Below, in pieces: positions 57,556-64,000 of a stretch of 64,000 nucleotides of DNA; within the stretch, counting starts at the first letter, position 1, and each line of letters opens with the position of its first letter. Origin of the DNA: an uncultured Candidatus Saccharibacteria bacterium (GTDB lineage: Bacteria > Patescibacteriota > CALEFQ01); the NCBI GenBank assembly GCA_965230955.1, contig OZ246404.1:500995-564994 (forward strand), given 5' to 3'. A model generated the notes under the pieces. The model saw only the letters and a program-made list of their open reading frames with translations, was not told the DNA's origin and did no database searches. The position numbers and the translations under genes were made by a program.

Positions 57556-57936
57556 ATGTACAACCAATATATCATGGACCATTTCAAAAATCCGCGAAAT
57601 CAAGGCGTAATCGATCGACCCGACGGAGAAGGGGAGGCGGGGAATCCAATGTGCGGCGACATGATGCACATATATTTGACGGTGAAAGATAATACTATTG
57701 CAGATATCAAATTTCAAACTCTCGGTTGCGGAGTAGCCATCGCCACCTCCTCAGTCTTAACCACTCTGGCCAAAGGAAAAACTCTGGAAGAGGCAGCCAA
57801 AATCAGCAAAATGGACATTATCAACGCTTTGGGCGGCAAGGATCAAATCCCGGCTCAAAAATTCCATTGCAGTTTGATTGCCGAGGAGGCCTTGAAAAAA
57901 GCCATTATTCAATACCAAAACAAAAAACAGAAATAG
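57556..57936 (+). CDS. iscU: Fe-S cluster assembly scaffold (IscU/NifU N-domain type)
   Basis: Three Cys (NPMCGD, LGCGVAIATSS, KFHCSLIAEEALKKAI), matching IscU. Confidence 0.85.
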   Translation: MYNQYIMDHFKNPRNQGVIDRPDGEGEAGNPMCGDMMHIYLTVKDNTIADIKFQTLGCGVAIATSSVLTTLAKGKTLEEAAKISKMDIINALGGKDQIPAQKFHCSLIAEEALKKAIIQYQNKKQK

Positions 57937-57960
57937 GGTTTTGCGCCGCTGATTGAAAAA

Positions 57961-57969
57961 TGTTATAAT
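57961..57969 (+). promoter_or_regulatory. extended -10 promoter element TGTTATAAT upstream of prsW-like gene
   Basis: Exact TGnTATAAT at 57961-57969, 24 nt before ATG 57993. Confidence 0.45.
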
Positions 57970-57992
57970 AACCAACAGAAAAATAGGTTCTT

Positions 57993-58955
57993 ATGATGGC
58001 GTCATTTTCTGTTATTTTCTTGGCTGTTTTCCTGGGATTTTCACCGGGTTTGTTTTGGTTATGGTTTTATCGCCAGCGTGACAAAAAGAATCCCGAGCCG
58101 AACAAGTTGATGATCTACCTCTTCTTGGGCGGTATGGCCGCGACAATTCCGGCTGCTTTATTGCAAAAATTAGCCCAAGAATTCATCCCGTCTCAATTCT
58201 TGCTGTGCTTGGACAATTCCTGCAATCTCAATTTTGGCGGAAACGCTCTTTTTTTGCTGGGATTCATGTTTCTGATCGTGGCCCCCAGCGAAGAAATATT
58301 CAAGTTTTTGTTCGCCCGGTGGATCTCGTTTCGCTCAAACTCTTTCGATCAAATCATCGACGGCATCAAATACAGCGTCGCGGTTGCCCTGGGATTTGCT
58401 TCTTTGGAAAACGCTCTCTATCTCATCGGCTCACTGCAAATTGCCGACTTTGACAACGTCGTGTCGACACTTTTGACCCGCTTTTTCATTTCTACCCTGG
58501 CTCACACCCTTTATGCCGGGATCAGCGGATATTACCTCGGCCGCGCTCGTTTTGATACATACAACCGGCGGCGCTTGCTCTGGACCGGTTTAATCTTAGC
58601 GATAATCGCTCACGGAGCCTTCAACTTTATGTTGTATGCCGGGATCGGATTCTATTCGATTCTACTGGTAGCTTTGATTTTTTTGATACTGCTTCAGAAA
58701 TTTCGCAGTAAGGAGTTGACCCGCGTCCAGCAGATTGCCGTCTCAACCGGCAGCCAGCGCATCGCTTCAGCCGCCCTGCCAATAAGCGGAGTGGGGGAAA
58801 AGGGTGTCGATGAACTAATCAAAGCCAGCCGGGAACAATCAGCCGGAATGCAGGTGACGGTGTCGGAATTCTGCCCGCGCTGTTTCAAAAAGAATATCTA
58901 TCATTCAAAATTCTGCCCTAACTGCGGAGAAAAACTCTATATTAAAGTCCGCTAA
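57993..58955 (+). CDS. PrsW-family intramembrane glutamic protease with C-terminal zinc-ribbon
   Basis: LFWLWFYRQRDKKNPEP (PrsW W-Y-R-D-x-EPEP block), SEEIFKF (EExxK), HTLYAGISGYYLG (HxxxxG). C-terminal CPRC...CPNCGEK. Confidence 0.7.
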   Translation: MMASFSVIFLAVFLGFSPGLFWLWFYRQRDKKNPEPNKLMIYLFLGGMAATIPAALLQKLAQEFIPSQFLLCLDNSCNLNFGGNALFLLGFMFLIVAPSEEIFKFLFARWISFRSNSFDQIIDGIKYSVAVALGFASLENALYLIGSLQIADFDNVVSTLLTRFFISTLAHTLYAGISGYYLGRARFDTYNRRRLLWTGLILAIIAHGAFNFMLYAGIGFYSILLVALIFLILLQKFRSKELTRVQQIAVSTGSQRIASAALPISGVGEKGVDELIKASREQSAGMQVTVSEFCPRCFKKNIYHSKFCPNCGEKLYIKVR

Positions 58956-58961
58956 GGAAAA

Positions 58962-59822
58962 ATGAAAAAGATCCCGCCAATTATCTGGGGTATCATTCTC
59001 ATCACTATCATATTCAGCATGATAGTGATTTTGATCAATGGGATCGGTTCTCTTCGCCAAGTATTTTCGCGACCGGCGGAAACGACTCCGATCGCCGAGA
59101 ATACCCGGCCGGCATCGATAGACTCCACCGCGCTACCGTCACCAACCCCGGCCGACAATCGCTCCTGGGTAAATCAGCGAACGGTCTTGTTCTTCCCGGC
59201 TCTGCCGATGAACATCTACCAATACTCATTGATTCAAATAAAAAACACCGACGCCGCTGGCGCCAGTGATATCAAAGTTTCACTCCTTAATCGACTCGGA
59301 GAAAGCCGAACCTACCCGGTCAGTAATCTTGACCCGGGATCGATTAATCGATTCAGCCTAACGAACTTAGCCGAGCTGCCCCTTAATTTTAGCCCCGGAC
59401 TGGTTATCATCTCCTCAAACAGCAATCTGGCCGCCGTCGCTGAAATATTCCCCGCCAATTCCGAAGAAAAAATTCCCAGTGAATCTTTGTCGCCGTTTAG
59501 CGAATTACCCAGTGATTTGAATTATACCGTTTACCCAAGCACGGACAACGAGCCATCGCAAAACCAATTGGCTATCACTAACCCTTCGAATAAATTAATC
59601 GAGGCGCAGGTGACGGTCACCACGCCCGAGGAGGGTAGTCGAATTATATTTACCGATGAGTTATCTCCCTGGACCACCAGAATCATTGAATTACCGATAC
59701 CAAAATTCAAAAGTTTTGATCAGACCGCAACGGTTATCGCTTCCAGCACTGACCGCATTATCGGAGTTATTTATCACCTTGACAAAGACGGCGGATTGAT
59801 GAGTAATATTAATACCAAGTAG
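58962..59822 (+). CDS. hypothetical secreted/membrane-anchored protein
   Basis: N-terminal TM/signal IIWGIILITIIFSMIVILI, Pro/Thr-rich linker, beta-rich C-terminal region; no recognisable domain. Confidence 0.5.
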   Translation: MKKIPPIIWGIILITIIFSMIVILINGIGSLRQVFSRPAETTPIAENTRPASIDSTALPSPTPADNRSWVNQRTVLFFPALPMNIYQYSLIQIKNTDAAGASDIKVSLLNRLGESRTYPVSNLDPGSINRFSLTNLAELPLNFSPGLVIISSNSNLAAVAEIFPANSEEKIPSESLSPFSELPSDLNYTVYPSTDNEPSQNQLAITNPSNKLIEAQVTVTTPEEGSRIIFTDELSPWTTRIIELPIPKFKSFDQTATVIASSTDRIIGVIYHLDKDGGLMSNINTK

Positions 59823-60240
59823 AGAAGTGCGCGCCGGATGAAAACAAACTGATTACGAAATACTATAGTGAAGGGAGGTGATCAAGGCACTACATAAAAT
59901 GAAATAAATAATTAATTAATAATTGCCATAAAAGAAGCTAGCTATACAAGCGCTCGAAGCGAGGTATTGTGTCGCACAATAAATCTTATGCGACACGTAT
60001 ATCCATTAGGACCAATTAGATAAGCCAGGACATAGCCTCATTATCCATTCGCGATTTTCATCCTCTCGCTGTTCACCGCCCAGCCCCTTCTCTGTGGATT
60101 CGGAACTCGTCCAAACCCATCCACTAAAATAATAATAGTAATAATAATTCGCGGGCATATATTCTTCGACCATGACGGCCGAGCTTTATAGCGCCTGACA
60201 TCCACGACCGGTATAACCAATCATACCGTTTTTTATTACG

Positions 60241-60266
60241 AAAAAACCGCCCACAGGCGGATTTAT
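60241..60266 (-). terminator. Rho-independent terminator for the M23 gene 60295-61605
   Basis: ccgcc / ggcgg stem with loop caca; on the minus strand followed by TTTTTT (plus aaaaaa 60241-60246); about 35 nt after the stop. Confidence 0.6.
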
Positions 60267-60294
60267 TAGTTATAGCACCAAATATAATTGATGA

Positions 60295-61605
60295 CTAGAA
60301 CAGCCCCATTGGCGAAACAGTTTTTTCCGGCGCGTACCAGGGCGATTCGCCGTAAGTCGTTTTTACCGTCGCCATTTGGGTATAGACTGCAAAGTGCAAA
60401 TGACAACCGGTCGAGAATCCAGTCGTTCCTTCAAAACCTATCGTATCGCCTTGCTTCAAAACTTGGCCCGCCGCCACGGCCGTTCGGCTCATATGACCGT
60501 ACAAAGTATAAAGATTCAGCTTGGGATGAAATAAAACGATCCAATTACCGAAACCATACGTCAAACTACCGGCACCGAAGACCTGGCCGTCAGCCGCCGC
60601 CACAATCGCCGTACCGCACGGCTGGGCAAAATCTATTCCGGCATGAATTCTGGGTGAACCATCACTGCTATATCCATAAACACCGCTCTTGGCATAACTA
60701 GTCAGGCCGTATGATTGACTGATTGAGGACAAGGCACCCTTCATTGGTTCACGAAGTAAACCGGCTCCGATAGCCGGAGGACCGGCCGGGGTCGTTCCAC
60801 CTCGACTATTCATGAGTTCCTGTTCCAGCGTTTGGATCTCAGACGCGAGTTTTTTTTGCTTTTCAGCCGACTCCCCGATCAATTCCTGGTATTTATCTTC
60901 ACGTTTTTCCGTAGTCGCCAACAAAGACTCATTATCTTTCCGCTGGCGCTCCAATTCACTGTGTTGTTCGTCTAATTGACCTTTAAGAGCCACTTGAGAC
61001 TGTTGCTTGTCTTCCAATTCGTATTTTTTGGATAATAAATCATCTTTCAAGGCCTTGACCTTGTCGTACATATTCTTGACATCTGACTGATATGACAATG
61101 TTTGCTGCTGAAACTTCAGGAAATCGGAAAAGGTGGAACTGCGCAAAATCATATTGAGCGAAGAACGATTGTCATCAAAATGCCGGAGATCCCGGATTAA
61201 GCCGGAAAGTATTTCCCGCTGATACTGCAGATCCTTTTCTTTTTCTTCGACCTGCTGCTTGGTTAATTGGATTTGAGCGTTAGTCTGCTCAATTTCCGCA
61301 CCTGTTTTTTCGATAGCCAGATTGGTAATTTCAATTTCATCGGCGCTGATTTTTATTTTCAAATCCAAAGTAGTGGCTTCCTGATCCAAACGAGCCATAT
61401 CGCCGGTATAGCGCCTGATTTCAGCTTGAACTTCCTCGATTTTTTTCTTTTTATCATCAATGACCGCCTGGGTATTATCGCCGGATTTAGCATCTTTTTT
61501 GCCAGTGGTATCTTCTTGCGCCCAAACGAAAAAACCGGCGGCCATACCCAGCCCGACTAAAAATGAGACAAATAGTATTTTTGTTCCTATTTTTGATCGA
61601 TTCAT
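60295..61605 (-). CDS. M23 family peptidoglycan metalloendopeptidase with N-terminal signal and long coiled-coil (EnvC-like architecture)
   Basis: Coiled-coil about residues 40-280. C-terminal HAGIDFA...YGHMS...GCHLHFAVY (M23 HxxxD / HxH). Confidence 0.8.
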   Translation of the reverse strand: MNRSKIGTKILFVSFLVGLGMAAGFFVWAQEDTTGKKDAKSGDNTQAVIDDKKKKIEEVQAEIRRYTGDMARLDQEATTLDLKIKISADEIEITNLAIEKTGAEIEQTNAQIQLTKQQVEEKEKDLQYQREILSGLIRDLRHFDDNRSSLNMILRSSTFSDFLKFQQQTLSYQSDVKNMYDKVKALKDDLLSKKYELEDKQQSQVALKGQLDEQHSELERQRKDNESLLATTEKREDKYQELIGESAEKQKKLASEIQTLEQELMNSRGGTTPAGPPAIGAGLLREPMKGALSSISQSYGLTSYAKSGVYGYSSDGSPRIHAGIDFAQPCGTAIVAAADGQVFGAGSLTYGFGNWIVLFHPKLNLYTLYGHMSRTAVAAGQVLKQGDTIGFEGTTGFSTGCHLHFAVYTQMATVKTTYGESPWYAPEKTVSPMGLF

Positions 61606-61647
61606 ATTATCTAATTATATCACGACGCAACATCACTGTCAAATCCA

Positions 61648-63171
61648 TCAAAGTGATAGGCCGCTGACATTAGTACCATTACGAAAATTTCCGGTATATG
61701 GTAAAAACTCCGACAGTATCTCGCGCTGAACATTGTATTTGTAAACTTTTACCCGGGCCGTGCTTTGGCCGCTACTGCCGATGATGATCTCTGATTTGCC
61801 ATTTGAATCATAATCAATCGTGCCGACATCTACCCCCTCTCGAAAATCGGCCCCAAAGGGGAAGAAATCAATCCCGCGCGGCGCGCCATCTTTGGCTTCC
61901 AGCAATCGCACATGACCGCCCTTGGACGCCGCCCCGACCACAATTTCCGCTTCCGGGTCACTATCGACATTACCGGCCGATACTCGCACTCCGCCGCGGA
62001 AATTTGCATTAAAGGCCAGAAAATCACTATAGAGATTATGTTCCATTTGAGGTTTGTAGATTTTCACCAATGGCTGATAACCGCTCTCCGGCGCTACGAT
62101 AATTTCATCTTTGGTCGGCGTTGACAAGTCGACATTGGCAGACGCGACATCAACTCCGCCACGGAAAGCCGGACCGTAGGGCCAAAACTCCAAAGAACGC
62201 TTGGTACCATCGGCTTCAAAAATCCGAACTTGACCGCCGCCGCCCTTGCGGGGCGCGGTGATTATTTCGTCTTTCCCGTCGCCATCAACATCGCCGGCCG
62301 CCACCCGGATACCGCCTCGGAAATTTTTATCATAAGCCAGGAATATCGAGATTTCTTGATTGGACTGATTACGCACGCTGACTTCCGGTTTTGCTCCCGG
62401 ACCGGCGCCAAAAATCAATTCTTCATGCCCATCACCATTGGTGTCACCCGCCGCCACATCGGCTCCGCCCCGGATTTTCGGATCTAGAACCAGGCTGTTA
62501 ATTTCCGCCACCTCTCCATTTAAGTAAAACGATCTAAGGTGGGAAGTACCAACCGGCCCGGGACCGGTCAAAACTCTTTTGCCGGAATCGGCTAATTGAC
62601 TGTGAGTGATGATAAAGTCAGTCGGATTATACCAGTCGTTAAGTAATGTTTGGTCGCCCAAGCCCCAGTATACCCAAGTGGTTTTGACGTCAACATAGGC
62701 TCCTTTGCGAATTCCGAAATGCAAATGTTCGCCCCAGCCGCCATTTTCCGAGCGATTGCCCAGATAGCCAAGAGTCTCACCGGCAGACACCGCCTGGCCC
62801 TCGCGGACACTGACGTCATACCGGCGTAAATGGCCGTATAAAGACACGACCGAACTCAAATCCGGTAATTGATGCTCAATCAATACAACCGTGCCAAAGC
62901 TGGTATGCTCGCCGATGTGTCGCACAATACCATCGCCGGTCGCATAAACCGGGGTCCCTGCCGGCCGAGAAATATCAACCCCCAGATGCCATTTGCCGCC
63001 ACTCCGGACTTCGCCAAAATTTTCAAAACTGTATTGGGTATAATTATCCAGCGGAAAACTAAAACTATATGTAATACGAGCCCGGGTCGCCGGCGGATTC
63101 ACGAAAAAAGCAGCTGCGCCCAAAACCAGAATCATGACGACCGGCAAAATTTTAGCACGAAATAATTTCAT
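61648..63171 (-). CDS. M23 peptidase fused to about six FG-GAP (integrin-alpha-like) repeats
   Basis: HLGVDISRPAGTPVYATGDG...LYGHL...GEHLHFGIR, then repeats GDTNGDGHEELIFGAG, GDVDGDGKDEIITAP, KDEIIVAPESG, EAEIVVGAAS, KSEIIIGSSG. Confidence 0.75.
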   Translation of the reverse strand: MKLFRAKILPVVMILVLGAAAFFVNPPATRARITYSFSFPLDNYTQYSFENFGEVRSGGKWHLGVDISRPAGTPVYATGDGIVRHIGEHTSFGTVVLIEHQLPDLSSVVSLYGHLRRYDVSVREGQAVSAGETLGYLGNRSENGGWGEHLHFGIRKGAYVDVKTTWVYWGLGDQTLLNDWYNPTDFIITHSQLADSGKRVLTGPGPVGTSHLRSFYLNGEVAEINSLVLDPKIRGGADVAAGDTNGDGHEELIFGAGPGAKPEVSVRNQSNQEISIFLAYDKNFRGGIRVAAGDVDGDGKDEIITAPRKGGGGQVRIFEADGTKRSLEFWPYGPAFRGGVDVASANVDLSTPTKDEIIVAPESGYQPLVKIYKPQMEHNLYSDFLAFNANFRGGVRVSAGNVDSDPEAEIVVGAASKGGHVRLLEAKDGAPRGIDFFPFGADFREGVDVGTIDYDSNGKSEIIIGSSGQSTARVKVYKYNVQREILSEFLPYTGNFRNGTNVSGLSL

Positions 63172-63177
63172 TTTGGA

Positions 63178-64000
63178 TCAAATAGACTGTTTTAGTTTTG
63201 CCAAACCGGCCTTGATGCGTTCCAGTGAACGGGGCTGTCCCAAGACACCCATAATTTCAAACGGTGAAGGACTGTGATCCTTACCGGACAAGCAATATCG
63301 AATAGGCCAAAACATGGTTCCGTTATCAATCCCCTGCTCTTTGGCAAAAGCCAGCATGGCCGGTTCCAATTTGGCTTTGACGAAATCACCGGCCGGAAAC
63401 GAAGACAAACGGGTCAGGGCTTTTTCCAGAGCCACGACGGTTTTCTCTCGGTCGGATTTGCGCCAAATTATCTTAGCCGAATCATACTCAAGCTTGGGGC
63501 TGAAAAAGAAACCTATCGCTTCCGGAAAATCAGACAGTTTCTTGACCCGGGGTTGTTCCAGCACCAAGGCGTCTTCGACAAATTTTGCGTTCAGCCGATA
63601 TTCATCATACCCAGGGACTGAACATAAATAAGGTTCAGCAAGTTCACGCACCCGAGCCGGCGGCAAAGTCCGAATATACTTGCCGTTGATCCAATCCAGT
63701 TTTTCCAGATCAAAAACCGCTGCGGCCTTATGCACCTGAATCAAGTCAAAACGCTTCACCAGTTCCGGCAGATTAAATATTTCTTCCTCCGTCTTCGGAT
63801 TCCAGCCAAGTAAAGTGATGAAATTAAGCAGAGCATCTTTGAGATAACCCTTTTTGATGTAATCATCCACCGCCACATCGCCGCGCCGTTTAGATAACTT
63901 TTTTCTTTCCCGATCAACCAATAATGGTAAATGGGCGTAAGACGGAACCGACCAATCGAAAGCCTGGTACAAAATAATATGCTTCGGCGTTGAAGGAAGC
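63178..64000 (-). CDS. gltX: glutamate--tRNA ligase, C-terminal portion (N-terminus beyond window end)
   Basis: KLSKRRG (class I KMSKS variant typical of GluRS), LGWNP. Reading frame stays open to nt 64000 (PSTPKHIILYQA...), so the TTG at 63972 is not the true start. Confidence 0.85.
   Translation of the reverse strand, partial: LPSTPKHIILYQAFDWSVPSYAHLPLLVDRERKKLSKRRGDVAVDDYIKKGYLKDALLNFITLLGWNPKTEEEIFNLPELVKRFDLIQVHKAAAVFDLEKLDWINGKYIRTLPPARVRELAEPYLCSVPGYDEYRLNAKFVEDALVLEQPRVKKLSDFPEAIGFFFSPKLEYDSAKIIWRKSDREKTVVALEKALTRLSSFPAGDFVKAKLEPAMLAFAKEQGIDNGTMFWPIRYCLSGKDHSPSPFEIMGVLGQPRSLERIKAGLAKLKQSI

Noticed and set aside
59871-59884. Possible 16S rRNA 3'-end fragment or strong orphan SD (AAGGGAGGTGATCA)
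   Set aside because: No rRNA-length sequence context (flanks are protein-coding) and no ORF follows within SD distance. Kept only as a curiosity within the non-coding gap finding.
60060-60130. tRNA-like T-loop (ggattcggaactcgtcc) in the 59823-60294 gap
   Set aside because: No complementary T-stem, acceptor stem or anticodon arm could be built on either strand.
63972-63974. Start codon of gltX at 63972 as given in the ORF track
   Set aside because: That position is a TTG inside an open frame that continues to the window edge with GluRS-like sequence. The gene is 5'-truncated by the window, not starting there.
1-64000. CRISPR arrays, transposases, integrases, phage genes
   Set aside because: No regularly spaced direct repeats and no IS, integrase or phage signature proteins were seen anywhere in the window. 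The only repeats are the 25-nt leader motif (two copies) and palindromes in promoter regions.

Overview
This 64 kb window is dominated (about nt 1-52,000) by a very large cell-envelope glycoconjugate biosynthesis locus: roughly 27 glycosyltransferase genes with many ATGA or short start/stop overlaps, followed by about 12 kb of housekeeping genes. Families were assigned by reading the sequence only; no searches were run. The glycan locus contains 9 GT2 genes (2 GtrB/ArnC-like polyprenyl-phosphate sugar synthases with C-terminal TM helices), 6 GT4, 4 GT9 heptosyltransferase-like genes, 2 Wzx-type flippases, an O-antigen ligase/polymerase-like protein, and at least 5 GT-C-fold integral membrane proteins with large extracytoplasmic domains. 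The GT-C set comprises two ArnT/PMT-like proteins, three YfhO-like paralogues, and a run of four giant membrane proteins, one apparently split over two genes. Also present are two paralogous B12-binding radical SAM enzymes, two class I SAM methyltransferases, and a gmhA-hldA-gmhB heptose-precursor operon. No priming phosphoglycosyltransferase, no heptose adenylyltransferase or epimerase, and no Kdo or lipid A genes are recognisable here, and accompanying proteins (DUF4012-like, PrsW, YfhO-like) suggest a monoderm or CPR-like host; that lineage call is inference. The housekeeping flank carries CtpA protease, rplI, pyrG, rpmA, an N2-G RNA methyltransferase-like gene, a solitary Phd/YefM-like antitoxin, iscS-iscU, a PrsW protease with a zinc ribbon, two M23 peptidases (one fused to FG-GAP repeats) and the 3' part of gltX. 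Several promoters with TTGACA-17-TAnAAT geometry, several Rho-independent terminators, a 73-bp nested palindrome in a divergent promoter region, and a 25-nt motif conserved immediately upstream of two unrelated GT2 start codons are visible. No tRNA, rRNA, CRISPR array, transposase or integrase was found. The most interesting candidate is the rSAM plus giant GT-C membrane-protein block (nt 12575-23821) inside this chimeric LPS-core-like / Gram-positive-like glycosylation island.
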